From: Candidatus Poribacteria bacterium
GTDB taxonomy: Bacteria > Poribacteria > WGA-4E > PCPOR2b
Reading direction: 5' to 3'
DNA length: 64,000 nucleotides
Assembly (NCBI GenBank): GCA_965218095.1
Contig: OZ244587.1
Location: 833,599-897,598, forward strand
Each line of letters opens with the position of its first letter. Position 1 is the stretch's first letter. A model generated the notes under the pieces. That model had not been told where the DNA came from, made no database searches, and saw nothing but the letters and a program-made list of their open reading frames with translations. Of this stretch, positions 1 through 10,169 are shown one piece after another. Position numbers and translations under genes: made by a program.

Positions 1-3000
1 TCGGGGCCATAACGTCGGGTCAGCTCGCTGCCTAAAATTGTACCGACAACCCGATTTGTATTCTTAATCGGTAAAGTCCCCGTAACTTTTGTCCCATCCC
101 GTAAAGCAGGCTCACAAAGATCTAAAAGGACTTCGTTATCCATAGCCTTTTCCAAACCGTGGTCTTGATCAATTTGGCGATAGCGACCAATTTCCGGTCC
201 AACTTGAGGCTGGTAGAGAACCGGCGAAAGATCGATTCCTTTTGCTTTCCAGTGGTCAACTGCCTTTTTCGGCTCAAGTAAGTCGGTGCAACCCACAAGT
301 TCGTTGACCGTGCGAACCCCCAACTGCGCCATGATTTCACGCATGTCCTGTGCAATGAAACGCATGAAATTCACTACGTGGGAAGGGGCTCCCATGAATT
401 TCTTGCGCAGTTCTGGGTTTTGAGTCGCTACACCCACCGGGCAGGTATCCAGATGGCACACACGCATCATAATGCAGCCGAGCGTCACCAGCGCCGTAGT
501 CGCAAAACCGAATTCTTCGGCACCCAACAGCGCAGCAATAACAACATCTCGACCGGTTTTAAGTTGACCATCCGTTTCCACGATAATACGAGAACGCAGA
601 TTATTCAACACTAAGGTCTGATGCGTTTCCGCCACCCCAAGCTCCCAAGGCAAGCCAGCGTGTTTAATGCTGGTCTGCGGCGAAGCCCCGGTGCCGCCAT
701 CAAGCCCGCTGATCAGCACGACATCCGCGTGTCCTTTTGCCACGCCAGCGGCGATGGTACCAACGCCGACTTCGGATACCAGTTTGACGTTAATCCGCGC
801 ATGGTGATTCGAGTTTTTCAGATCATGGATGAGTTGGGCGAGGTCTTCAATCGAATAGATGTCGTGGTGCGGCGGCGGCGAAATGAGCTCAACCCCCGGC
901 GTCGAGTGACGCACCGTGGCGATCCACGGGTAGACTTTTCGTCCGGGCAACTCACCGCCTTCACCGGGCTTGGCGCCTTGCGCCATTTTAATCTGAAGTT
1001 CCTTCGCATTCACTAGGTAGTTGCTGGTTACGCCGAATCTACCGGAGGCGACCTGTTTAATCGCGCTGTTTTTAGAGTCGCCGTTGGGTTCGAGAAAATA
1101 CCGCGCCGGATCTTCTCCTCCTTCACCGGTATTACTCTTTCCACCTATACGATTCATCGCGATCGCCAGTGCTTCGTGTGCCTCCTTGCTGATGGAGCCG
1201 TAAGACATGGCACCGCTCTTGAAACGCTTGCAGATTTCTTCAACGGGTTCTACCTCGTCGATCGGAATCGGTTCATCAGGGAACTTCAATTCTAGGAGTC
1301 CGCGTAGGGTCGCCATATTCCGAGAATAGTTATTGATTAACTCCGCGTAGTCTTTATAGACCTCATAGTTATTGGCACGGGCGGCCAATTGCAACTTATG
1401 AATCGTGGCCGGATTGAACAGATGATATTCGCCATCCTGTCGCCACTGAAAATGCCCACCGACGTCCAAAGTACGATTATCAACCGGAATTTCCGGGAAG
1501 GCTGCGTGATAACGCATCAGGGCTTCGCGAGCAATAATCTCAAGTCCAATCCCTTCCACGCGAGTATCCGTCCAGGTAAAATAACGGTCAACAACCTCTT
1601 GCTTGATGCCGATAGCTTCAAAGATCTGCGCCCCTCGATACGACTTGATGGTTGAAATTCCCATCTTCGCCATGACCTTGACCACACCTTTGGTCACTGA
1701 TTTGATGTATCCCTTGACGGCGTCTTGATACCCAATATCCGTCAGTTGCCCTTCGGCGAGCATGTCCGCTAGGCTTTCAAATGCCATGTAAGGATTAACC
1801 GCTTGGACACCATACCCGATCAGCAGACAGAAGTGATGAACTTCCCGAGGTTCACCCGATTCAAGTGCGATACCGACTTTCGCGCGCGTGCCACCCCGAA
1901 TCAGATGGTGGTGGAGGCCTGCGACAGCCAGCAGCGCGGGAATAGGTGCGGCCCCTTTGTCAACGCCGCGGTCAGACAAGATGAGAATGGTAAAGCCCTC
2001 TTCGATCGCGCGATCGGCGGCCTCAAAGAGCCCATCCATCGCTGTTTCAAGTCCGCCCTCTCCATCAGCGACGTTAAATAGGATTGGAAGGGTAGTGGAT
2101 TTGAACCCCGGTTGATCGACCTGACGCAACTGCTCTAACTCCTCGTCTGAAATAATTGGAGTATCGAGGCGAATCTGACGACAATTCTCCGGCTCCGGCA
2201 CGAGCAGGTTCCGCTCGGGGCCAATTGTTGTTTCAGATGAAGTGATGATTTCTTCCTTGAGCGGATCCAGCGGCGGATTGGTCACTTGCGCGAATAGCTG
2301 TTTGAAATAGTTGTAAAGTAGCTGCGGTCGGTTAGAGAGTACCGCCAAAGAGGCATCATTCCCCATCGAGCCAACAGGGTCACGACCGATTTTCGACATC
2401 GGGCCAAGGAAAATGCGCTGATCTTCAAATGTATACCCGAAAGTCTGTTGGCGTTGTAAAATTTTGTCGTGGTCTGTTTCGGGGGCCTTCGGTTCAACCG
2501 CCGGCAGGTCTTTCAATGAAATTAGGTGCTCATCTAGCCACTGGCGATACAGATGCTCAGAAGCAATTTTAGCCTTCGCTTCTTCATCGCTGATGATGCG
2601 TCCCTCGCTCGTATCAATCAGAAGAATCCGACCCGGTTGGAGACGCCCCTTGTAGGCAACCCGCTCGGGGGGTATGTCCAGCACCCCGGTTTCCGAAGCC
2701 AGCACGAGCAGGTCATCTTTCGTGATGTAATAACGGGAGGGGCGGAAACCGTTACGGTCTAGAGAAGCACCAACAACCGTACCATCGGTAAAAGCGATGG
2801 AGGCAGGACCATCCCAAGGCTCCATTAAACAACTATGATATTCATAAAATGCGCGTTTCTCAGCACTCATGCTCTCGTGGTTTTCCCACGGTTCCGGAAT
2901 CATCATCATCACCGAGTGGGGCAGCGACCTGCCAGAGAGTGCAAGAAATTCCAGACAGTTATCGAAAATAGCGGTATCGCTGCCATCCTCGTCAAGGATG

Positions 3001-3872
3001 GGGAAAAGTTTCGGTAAGTCATCACCAAACAACTCAGATGCCAGCATCGCCTGCCGCGTTTTCATCCAGTTCTGGTTCCCGCGCACGGTATTGATTTCAC
3101 CGTTATGAATCATATATCGGTACGGATGCGACCGTGCCCAACTCGGGAAAGTGTTCGTCGAAAATCGGGAATGAATCAGGACAATCGCCGCTTCCATCCG
3201 AGGGGCTTTCAGATCGGGGTAGAATTCGGGGACCTGCATCGGCGTGAGCATCCCCTTATAGACGATAGTTCGGCTAGATAGGCTCGGAATGTAGAAATCT
3301 TTATCCATCCCGCCGTATCGGATGATATTGGAGGCGCGCTTCCGAATCACATACAACTTGCGCTCAAAGGCGAGGTCATTTTGGATATTGGGGCTTCTGC
3401 CGATAAAGATCTGCCATACAAGAGGCTCGGAAGAGCGGGAAATCGGTCCTAAATAGAAATTATCAGTAGGGACTTTCCGCCAACCTAAAACCGTTTGTTC
3501 TTCTTCAGTAACAATTTCTTCAAGCTTCCGCTGACAGCGGTGACGTAGTTCACGGTCCTCGGCATCGGTGAAAAACACCATACCAACGCCATAGTGCTTT
3601 GGATTGGGTAGATCAATTCCCACGCTTTCGCAGGCGTGCTGTAGGAATTTGTGCGGGACTTGCATGAGAACGCCCGCTCCGTCGCCGGTGTTTTCTTCGG
3701 CACCGCGGGCCCCCCGATGGTCAAGACAAGTCAGCGCATCTAGTGCCTGACGCACGAGCACATTGGATTTTTCACCTTTGATGTTGACGATAAAACCAAT
3801 CCCACAAGCATCATGTTCGTAAGCGGGATTATAAAGTCCTTGCTTCTGCGGAATACCTATCTTTCCTTTCAT
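1..3872 (-). CDS. gltB: Glutamate synthase (GOGAT) large subunit, partial; C-terminus lies beyond the window start
   Basis: Reverse-complement translation from the ATG at 3872-3870 gives [27 protein letters not shown] (N-terminal amidotransferase domain), then the FMN-binding core ([27 protein letters not shown]) and the GXGXG domain. Absent from the ORF track because it runs off the edge. Confidence 0.92.
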   Translation of the reverse strand, partial: MKGKIGIPQKQGLYNPAYEHDACGIGFIVNIKGEKSNVLVRQALDALTCLDHRGARGAEENTGDGAGVLMQVPHKFLQHACESVGIDLPNPKHYGVGMVFFTDAEDRELRHRCQRKLEEIVTEEEQTVLGWRKVPTDNFYLGPISRSSEPLVWQIFIGRSPNIQNDLAFERKLYVIRKRASNIIRYGGMDKDFYIPSLSSRTIVYKGMLTPMQVPEFYPDLKAPRMEAAIVLIHSRFSTNTFPSWARSHPYRYMIHNGEINTVRGNQNWMKTRQAMLASELFGDDLPKLFPILDEDGSDTAIFDNCLEFLALSGRSLPHSVMMMIPEPWENHESMSAEKRAFYEYHSCLMEPWDGPASIAFTDGTVVGASLDRNGFRPSRYYITKDDLLVLASETGVLDIPPERVAYKGRLQPGRILLIDTSEGRIISDEEAKAKIASEHLYRQWLDEHLISLKDLPAVEPKAPETDHDKILQRQQTFGYTFEDQRIFLGPMSKIGRDPVGSMGNDASLAVLSNRPQLLYNYFKQLFAQVTNPPLDPLKEEIITSSETTIGPERNLLVPEPENCRQIRLDTPIISDEELEQLRQVDQPGFKSTTLPILFNVADGEGGLETAMDGLFEAADRAIEEGFTILILSDRGVDKGAAPIPALLAVAGLHHHLIRGGTRAKVGIALESGEPREVHHFCLLIGYGVQAVNPYMAFESLADMLAEGQLTDIGYQDAVKGYIKSVTKGVVKVMAKMGISTIKSYRGAQIFEAIGIKQEVVDRYFTWTDTRVEGIGLEIIAREALMRYHAAFPEIPVDNRTLDVGGHFQWRQDGEYHLFNPATIHKLQLAARANNYEVYKDYAELINNYSRNMATLRGLLELKFPDEPIPIDEVEPVEEICKRFKSGAMSYGSISKEAHEALAIAMNRIGGKSNTGEGGEDPARYFLEPNGDSKNSAIKQVASGRFGVTSNYLVNAKELQIKMAQGAKPGEGGELPGRKVYPWIATVRHSTPGVELISPPPHHDIYSIEDLAQLIHDLKNSNHHARINVKLVSEVGVGTIAAGVAKGHADVVLISGLDGGTGASPQTSIKHAGLPWELGVAETHQTLVLNNLRSRIIVETDGQLKTGRDVVIAALLGAEEFGFATTALVTLGCIMMRVCHLDTCPVGVATQNPELRKKFMGAPSHVVNFMRFIAQDMREIMAQLGVRTVNELVGCTDLLEPKKAVDHWKAKGIDLSPVLYQPQVGPEIGRYRQIDQDHGLEKAMDNEVLLDLCEPALRDGTKVTGTLPIKNTNRVVGTILGSELTRRYGP

Positions 3873-4258
3873 ATCAGCCTCTCTTGTTCAACTTCGTTCC
3901 GAAAAACCTGTATCTATTTGCGACTTCTGCTGCGGTCTGTGTTATCTTATCTGTGACTTCCTTTCCGCCCTGATAGAAATCTGACCATACTTCCTCGAAT
4001 CAATGACAAACGCTTTGCCAGAAGGGATCGGCAGACACGAGGAATGTCCACCCAATAGTCCGAAACCTAACGATTACTTGCTGAAACAGTTAGGTAAGAT
4101 GAAGGTTCAGGAAGGAAAATCATTTCGTGGGGATCTGTTACGCTCGCTTCGAGAACACTGCATTCGATAAAAAATTGTGGCGAATAGACTTGTAATAATA
4201 CATCACATAAATTGCCCATGTCAAGAAAATTTCCTTGTCATCTATCCAAACGATTTTG

Positions 4259-4287
4259 GTTGACAATCCCACTGCAAATTTGCATAA
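4259..4287 (+). promoter_or_regulatory. Sigma70-like promoter for pdxJ: TTGACA, 17-nt spacer, CATAAT
   Basis: ttgacaatcccactgcaaatttgcataat lies about 35 nt upstream of the RBS GGAGGGAG and the ATG at 4323. Confidence 0.45.
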
Positions 4288-4322
4288 TAAAAATGCTAAA
4301 CACGAGATGGAGGGAGAAGCCA

Positions 4323-5048
4323 ATGATCAACCTGAGTGTGAATGTCAATAAAGTGGCAACGTTAAGAAACTCCAGAGGCAAAGATGTCCCAAATGTCATC
4401 CAAGCGGTACAAACCTGCATCAATGCGGGCGCGCAGGGGATTACTGTGCACCCGCGAGAAGATCAACGACACATCAAACTTCACGATGTTTATGGGATCG
4501 CTGAGATGGTCACGGTTGAATATAATATTGAGGGCGATCCGCGACCAGATCTGTTGGATATGGTAATAGAGGTACGCCCTAACCAATGCACCCTCGTGCC
4601 CGTTACCCCAGGCGAAGTTACGAGCGATCATGGCTGGAATCTCACGAAGGAAGGTGAAAGGGTCAGACCGGTCATTCAACGCCTCAAAGATGCCGGAATT
4701 CGGGTTAGCCTGTTCAGCGGAACAGAGCTTCATCAACTCGAATTGGCGAAGGAGGTTGGTGCGGATCGGGTTGAGTTTTACACCGCCCCTTATGCGTGGG
4801 CAAAAACGGAGCAGGAAATTGCGCGTGAATTTGGCTTGCTTGTTAAAGCCGCTGAAAAGGCGGTCAGTCTGCGACTCGGCGTGAATGCGGGGCATGATCT
4901 TAATCTGGAAAATCTGCCATGCATGTGGAATCTACCCGGCTTACTCGAGGTTTCTATTGGTCATCACCTGATCTCTCATGCGCTTTATGTCGGACTTGAG
5001 CAATCGGTTAAGGACTACCGAGCAGCATTGGGGCAGGAGGTGGAGTGA
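4323..5048 (+). CDS. pdxJ: Pyridoxine 5'-phosphate synthase
   Basis: MINLSVNVNKVATLRNSRG...GADRVEFYTAPYA matches the PdxJ family. Start chosen at the internal ATG after a GGAGGGAG RBS, giving about 241 aa. The 278-aa ORF-track start at 4212 is less likely. Confidence 0.88.
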   Translation: MINLSVNVNKVATLRNSRGKDVPNVIQAVQTCINAGAQGITVHPREDQRHIKLHDVYGIAEMVTVEYNIEGDPRPDLLDMVIEVRPNQCTLVPVTPGEVTSDHGWNLTKEGERVRPVIQRLKDAGIRVSLFSGTELHQLELAKEVGADRVEFYTAPYAWAKTEQEIAREFGLLVKAAEKAVSLRLGVNAGHDLNLENLPCMWNLPGLLEVSIGHHLISHALYVGLEQSVKDYRAALGQEVE

Positions 5049-5291
5049 TGCGTCACTAAATTGTGTTCCAATTGAGCCCATAAGCCCATCTTCGTTAATT
5101 CGCTGATTCGCCGAAAGCTGTCTAACCCAAATGCAACGATAGTGAGAGAAAATAGGAGAGGCAAGTCAGAGGAGGCACTAGCAGCAAAGCACGGTCACGT
5201 CAGCTTGAGAAGGCGGGTGGGCATAGGCATGGAGAGAATCGTGAGCACGGCGTAAGCAAGAGAACCAACAAAAATTCGTTTGGGGGCATAG

Positions 5292-5939
5292 ATGCATTCA
5301 TGCGCAATTTTCGATCTTGATGGGACAATCATCGATCATTCGTCTGAAAGGGTTTTCCTAAAATATCTATTTGAACAGGGGGAGATTCCATTTCGCAACC
5401 TGTCCCAATGGTTCTTCGATTTTATTAAGACTCAAGATCTCCGTCAAGCCAAAGCAAACAAAGTCTATCTACGAGGGCTGAACTACCAGCACATCTGTAA
5501 CTTAGCGCAGATCTGCTTTACGGAACGTCTCATGAATCGGATCTCTCCCAAAGTTTTCGACCTCATCGAATTTCACCGCGCTAATGGACGGACAATTGTT
5601 ATCTTATCGGGGTCGCTAGAATTATTAGTTAAGCTTTTCCACGAGCGCCTGGAAGCAGATCTGATGATTGGATACACCCTGGAAGTCGTTGATGGAGGAA
5701 TCACGGGGTGTCGTGTGGGCTTAAATCCCTATGGCGAGAATAAGGCAAATTTGGTCCAGCATCTTGCCCAAACACACGGTTTTGATCTCAGCCAATCCTA
5801 TGCTTATGGAAACCACCATTCGGACGCACACAAGCTCAAGCTGGTTGGACACCCCTTCGCCGTCAACCCCAATCGGAAATTGCACCAAATCGCTGCTGCC
5901 AACGGTTGGCAGATTGAACAGTTTCATATGGATAAATAA
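5292..5939 (+). CDS. HAD-superfamily hydrolase, subfamily IB (phosphoserine-phosphatase-like)
   Basis: N-terminal FDLDGTI motif (DxDGT) and a C-terminal HAD-IB-like signature around YGNHHSD; 215 aa. Confidence 0.75.
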   Translation: MHSCAIFDLDGTIIDHSSERVFLKYLFEQGEIPFRNLSQWFFDFIKTQDLRQAKANKVYLRGLNYQHICNLAQICFTERLMNRISPKVFDLIEFHRANGRTIVILSGSLELLVKLFHERLEADLMIGYTLEVVDGGITGCRVGLNPYGENKANLVQHLAQTHGFDLSQSYAYGNHHSDAHKLKLVGHPFAVNPNRKLHQIAAANGWQIEQFHMDK

Positions 5940-5989
5940 CGGGACGGGTGAATCAGAGCAATGGGTCACGTTTCACGCATCACGAAAAA

Positions 5990-6694
5990 ATGCGCCTCGA
6001 AAAATTCCTTGCTGAATCCGGTATTGCTTCTCGACGGGACACCAAAAGACACATCCACGCCGGCCGAGTCACAGTCAACGGCAAGCGGGTGTTTATCCCC
6101 GGCACCCCCATCGATCCACAGCAGGATGACATTAAATTTGATAGCAAACAGATACCTGGGAAACCGAAGAAGATTTACCTAATGCTAAACAAACCGGCGG
6201 GATACCTTACCACGGTGCGTGATGATCGGGGGCGTACGACGGTCATGGATCTGGTACGCGACATTCCTAAACGCATCTATCCGGTCGGACGGCTGGATGT
6301 CAATACGGAAGGGCTTCTGCTGATGACGAACGATGGCGTGTTCACACATCGAATCATCCACCCGAATCACGAGATCAAGAAAACATACATTGCATGGGTA
6401 GAAGGACGTCCAGGTCAGCGGGCGATTCGGCAACTGCGAGAAGGGGTAGAAATTAAGGGTGGGTTAACTGCTCCAGCAGTGGTGATTCAAATTGGGCGAA
6501 AAAAAGGGTTGACCCAATTCGAGCTCATCATCCACGAGGGAAAGAAGCGGCAGATTCGGCGCATGTTCCACGCCGTGGGGCATAAAGTGGTATACCTCAA
6601 ACGGGTTCAGATTGGATCCCTTTCACTTGGCAAGCTCCCGATTGGGAAGTATCGTCTGTTGACGGCGGCTGAAGTCGAGGGTTTACGAAACTAA
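5990..6694 (+). CDS. Pseudouridine synthase, RsuA/RluB family (S4 domain plus catalytic domain)
   Basis: MRLEKFLAESGIASRRDTKRHIHAGRVTVNGKRV (S4 domain) ... YPVGRLDVNTEGLLLMTNDG (catalytic Asp motif) ... KKRQIRRMF. The alternative GTG start at 5948 would add 14 aa. Confidence 0.85.
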   Translation: MRLEKFLAESGIASRRDTKRHIHAGRVTVNGKRVFIPGTPIDPQQDDIKFDSKQIPGKPKKIYLMLNKPAGYLTTVRDDRGRTTVMDLVRDIPKRIYPVGRLDVNTEGLLLMTNDGVFTHRIIHPNHEIKKTYIAWVEGRPGQRAIRQLREGVEIKGGLTAPAVVIQIGRKKGLTQFELIIHEGKKRQIRRMFHAVGHKVVYLKRVQIGSLSLGKLPIGKYRLLTAAEVEGLRN

Positions 6695-6730
6695 AAAAGC
6701 CCATATCGCAAAGGATATGGGCTTTTTTAT
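6695..6730. terminator. Bidirectional rho-independent terminator between convergent genes
   Basis: aaaaaaGCCCATATCgcaaaGGATATGGGCtttttt: a 9-bp perfect stem flanked by an A-run and a T-run. Confidence 0.75.
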
Positions 6731-6747
6731 GAGCGAGTCTAAGACGA

Positions 6748-7647
6748 CTACTCCATCTCGCTTTTGACACGTTGTAGCATAAGCATAGCCTGCTTTCGGA
6801 TGTCATCATCTTTGGCATTACTTAACATCTCAAGCGTTGCAATTGCCAATTGGGACTTACCTTGGATCGCGTAAGTAACTCCTAAATAATACTGCGCGGG
6901 TTCATAGGACTCGCTGTCGGAATATTTGTCGATGACGATTTGGAAATGCTTTTCAGCTTTTTGGAAATAGTCTTTCTCATTTTCGCCGGCAGCGTTCTGC
7001 CCGTACTGGAGTCCCAAATTCACATACAATTCCGGCAACAGTCCGGTTTTGTTATTCGGGTCGTGTTTCACCACTGTATCGAATAGGGGCTTTCCTTTTT
7101 CAAGTTTGCCTCGCTTGATGTAAATCAGTGCAAGTCCGGCGGTAGCCTTTAGATCGTTCGTATCCCTCTGGACCGCTTCCTTCAGCTTCTTAAATTCCTC
7201 TTCATCTTTGAGGGCGCTTTCCATCAATGTGGTAAATTCTTGGGGTGGCCGATAACCGGGATTGAGGCTTATGAAATCCCCCTCGGCACTGAGGAATACA
7301 ACTGCCGGATATCCGGTAACGCCGTATTTTCTCTGGGCATCAGCGTTTTCCGGGCGGTCTGTATCTTCAGGATTGACCTTGAGGTTGACAAACTTCTTTG
7401 AAAGCTCAATGATTTTTGAATCCGTAAATGTTTCGGCATCCAGCCGCTTACACCAGCCTCACCAATCGGTGTAGAAGTCCATCATGACTGGCTTGCCTGT
7501 TTTTTGGGCTTCTGCCAACCCTTTCTCGATTGACTCCTCCCACTGAATCTTTCCTGTTGCCAGTGCTGCCGGACTTGCAACAACAGCCAGTAACAGGGTG
7601 GCAAGCACGATGCGCCATCTTTGTCTCCAAACAGAATTTAACATCAT
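6748..7647 (-). CDS. Secreted thioredoxin-like (DsbD-gamma/Thioredoxin_7-type) plus TPR fusion protein with an in-frame TGA at 7459-7461; candidate selenoprotein with a U-G-W-C motif
   Basis: A single minus-strand frame runs from the ATG at 7647 (signal peptide MMLNSVWRQRWRIVLATLLLAVVASPAALA) through ...KPVMMDFYTDW-TGA-GWCKRLDAETF...GYPAVVFLSAEGDF... into the TPR region (6748-7227). The ORF track splits it at the TGA; both pieces share the same frame. Confidence 0.55.
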
Positions 7648-7689
7648 TTTTCTCCTTTGAAGGAAGTTTTTTCTCCTTTGAAGGAAGTT
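7648..7689. repeat. Exact tandem duplication (2 x 21 bp) containing the Shine-Dalgarno of the downstream selenoprotein gene
   Basis: ttttctcctttgaaggaagtt occurs twice; on the minus strand this reads aacttccttcaaAGGAGaaaa twice, immediately before ATGATG. Confidence 0.8.
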
Positions 7690-7771
7690 GGGGATAGAAA
7701 CTAAAGACCTAAATAAATCCGTCAATACTCTAGACGAATCGATCCGAAAAAAGTGTAATTTTGATTCCAAG

Positions 7772-7987
7772 TTAGCCTCCAGACGTCGGCTGGTCAGCAG
7801 CAGATTCTGCTTGCATCTGTTCAAGGGCTGAAGCACTAATTGTTTTGCTGCTCAATGTTGTCCGACACTTCTGGCAGGTCGTCACCAGTTTCACTAGATT
7901 GCTCCGCCTGCCGAGTTTGTTCTGCTTCTGTTCCGTTTCGACGTAACGCTTGCAGCGAGGGCACCACTGCTGTTGGGGTGTCAACAT
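7772..7987 (-). CDS. Small zinc-ribbon protein (CPRC...CQKC), hypothetical
   Basis: MLTPQQQWCPRCKRYVETEQ...TCQKCRTTL; GGAGGG RBS 7 nt upstream of the ATG at 7987. Confidence 0.5.
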   Translation of the reverse strand: MLTPQQQWCPRCKRYVETEQKQNKLGRRSNLVKLVTTCQKCRTTLSSKTISASALEQMQAESAADQPTSGG

Positions 7988-8039
7988 TTTGTATCCCTCC
8001 TTCTTCACTTCACACCTGTTGATGATGTAAAGTTTCAAT

Positions 8040-9446
8040 TTACTTACCAATACAGAATTGGGAGAAGATTCTGCCCAGAATGTCCTCGGTCGTTGTCTTG
8101 CCAACAATTTCACCGAGGCAATCTAGACTGCTGCGCAGATCGACCGCAACGAGATCTAGAGGCATTTCCTGGGTGAAGCTTTCTATCGCATGCCCAAGAG
8201 CAAGCCCGGCTCGACGCAGCGCGTCATGGTGACGAAGGTTCGTGACAATCGGAGAATCACCCAAAATGACGTCCCCTTCAAGTACCTCCTGGAGCACTGC
8301 TGATTTCAGATCTTCAATTCCTTTCACATAAAGCAGTGAGGTCTGAACGATCGGTCTCTGAGGGGCGCAGGTATGCAGATCCGCTGGAGTCATTATAACG
8401 GGCAAATCAATCTTGTTTAGAATAAGAATTGATTGACGGTCTTTCGCCGCATCCAGTAGTTCTCGATCTTCCGCCGTTAAAGGCTGAGATGCATCAAACA
8501 CCATTAAAAGCAGGTCGGCGCGGTCGAAATAGGCTTTACTCCGCGCTACCCCTTGCTGTTCGACAACATTGGTTGTTTGGTGTATCCCGGCGGTGTCGAT
8601 CAGCTTGAGCGGAATGCCGCGAAGGTTCAAGGGTTCTTCGATTGTATCTCGTGTCGTGCCGGGTATCTCCGTGACAATTGCCCGGTCCTCCTGCAACAAG
8701 GTATTTAGCAAGCTCGATTTACCGACGTTTGGCTTTCCAAGGATTGCGATGTTGATGCCTTCCCGCAGGAGTTTGCCGTCCGATGCCGTCGCGATCAATC
8801 CATTCAGGTCATCAAGGACGTCTTGCGCGGTTTGCTTCATCGTGGTTAAATCCATGAAATCGAGCTCTTCTTCAGGAAAATCGATGGAGACTTCGATTTC
8901 TGCAAGTAGATCCGCCAGCCGATCGCTGAGATCGTTGACCACTTGCGATAACCTGCCTGCTAACTGATCTATTGCTACTTGACGGCTGAGGTCTGTCTTT
9001 GATCGGATTAGATCGACGACCGCTTCTGCCTGTGCGAGGTCTAGCCGTCCGTTGAGAAAGGCACGTTTGGTAAATTCCCCCGGCTCCGCAAGACGCGCCC
9101 CAGCTTGTAATGTTAATTCGAGGACGCGCCTGAGTGGTACAATGCCGGCGTGGCAGTTAAATTCAACGACATCCTCCGCCGTATACGATTTTGGCGCACG
9201 CATGATACCGAGCATTACTTCATCGATAACCACTCCTGATAATGGATGGACGACGTGTCCGTAATTCAGCGTATGGGTCGGCAATTCAGTCGGAGAAATG
9301 CAGCGAGGCGAACGAAAGATCTGACAGGCAATGGGAATCGTAAGGTTTCCACTCACTCGGACGATGCCGATGCCGCCTTCGCCGCGTGGTGTTGCGATTG
9401 CTGCAATCGTATCCCATTTAATCATACTGCTTTGAATTTGCTTCAT
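8040..9446 (-). CDS. mnmE: tRNA uridine-5-carboxymethylaminomethyl modification GTPase
   Basis: DTIAAIATPRGEGGIGIVRVSG at the N-terminus; G domain with GKPNVGKSSLLN and DTAG; C-terminal CIGK. Start at MKQIQ after a GGGAG RBS. Confidence 0.92.
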   Translation of the reverse strand: MKQIQSSMIKWDTIAAIATPRGEGGIGIVRVSGNLTIPIACQIFRSPRCISPTELPTHTLNYGHVVHPLSGVVIDEVMLGIMRAPKSYTAEDVVEFNCHAGIVPLRRVLELTLQAGARLAEPGEFTKRAFLNGRLDLAQAEAVVDLIRSKTDLSRQVAIDQLAGRLSQVVNDLSDRLADLLAEIEVSIDFPEEELDFMDLTTMKQTAQDVLDDLNGLIATASDGKLLREGINIAILGKPNVGKSSLLNTLLQEDRAIVTEIPGTTRDTIEEPLNLRGIPLKLIDTAGIHQTTNVVEQQGVARSKAYFDRADLLLMVFDASQPLTAEDRELLDAAKDRQSILILNKIDLPVIMTPADLHTCAPQRPIVQTSLLYVKGIEDLKSAVLQEVLEGDVILGDSPIVTNLRHHDALRRAGLALGHAIESFTQEMPLDLVAVDLRSSLDCLGEIVGKTTTEDILGRIFSQFCIGK

Positions 9447-10068
9447 ACCTCTCCCGTATTGTAACGGCAACGCGCCGCATGACCCCCTCGCCCCGACTAT
9501 AGGTCCGAATATGCTCATCTGACTGTAAAGTGATATGAATGATACGCCGATCTTGAGGAGGCATCGGATCTAGAACAATCTCCTGGTTGGTCTGTTTGAC
9601 TTTCGTCGCGACGCGATAAGCTAAGTCAATTAGCATCTGCTCGCGCCGTTCACGGTATCCTTCTGCATCAACGATGACCTTTTTTTTAACAAGAGACGAT
9701 CTATTTAAGATACAGTTCAGCAAATATTCGACAGCATTAAGTGTTTGCCCATGTTTACCGATCAATACACCAGCGTTATCGGTACTCACCATGAGATGTA
9801 CACTCCCATCGATAATCTGGGTTTCAATCTGCGCTTCGATTCCCATGTGGCTTAAAATCTCATGAAGTACAACTTCTGGAGTCGAAGAAACGTCTTCTTT
9901 CAGGGTGACGCGGACTTTGGCGAGCTTGGCGCCTAATCCCAAGAGCCCCTTTGTGGCTTCGTGCATAACTTTTACACTCACTTGCTCATGACTAACACCG
10001 AGCTCTTTTAGGGCATCATCCAAAGCCTCTTCTGCTGTTTTACCTTCTGTTTCAATAAATTGTTGCAC
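9418..10068 (-). CDS. jag: Jag/KhpB RNA-binding protein (Jag_N, KH and R3H domains)
   Basis: Conserved position between yidC and mnmE. KH-like VIGKHGQTL and an R3H-type C-terminus. Overlaps the mnmE start by 29 nt. Confidence 0.85.
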   Translation of the reverse strand: MQQFIETEGKTAEEALDDALKELGVSHEQVSVKVMHEATKGLLGLGAKLAKVRVTLKEDVSSTPEVVLHEILSHMGIEAQIETQIIDGSVHLMVSTDNAGVLIGKHGQTLNAVEYLLNCILNRSSLVKKKVIVDAEGYRERREQMLIDLAYRVATKVKQTNQEIVLDPMPPQDRRIIHITLQSDEHIRTYSRGEGVMRRVAVTIRERYEANSKQYD

Positions 10069-10169
10069 GATTCATTGTCCTCCTGAACACCCCCATAATA
10101 TCGCTATTCACGGAGATTAAATGCGGGGTAAAAATTGACAATCATCATTGGCAATCAGTAATTTGCGCT

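Noticed and set aside
378-3108. Numerous 60-130-aa plus-strand ORFs in the ORF track across 1-3870
   Set aside because: The whole region is the minus-strand gltB gene, which the track missed because it runs off the edge; the plus-strand ORFs are antisense artefacts.
4212-4322. N-terminal 37-aa extension of pdxJ (MPMSRKFPCHLSK...)
   Set aside because: It overlaps the predicted promoter. It lacks an RBS, whereas the internal ATG at 4323 has GGAGGGAG. PdxJ family proteins start at MINLSVN-like sequence.
8569-8967. 132-aa plus-strand ORF
   Set aside because: Antisense to mnmE.
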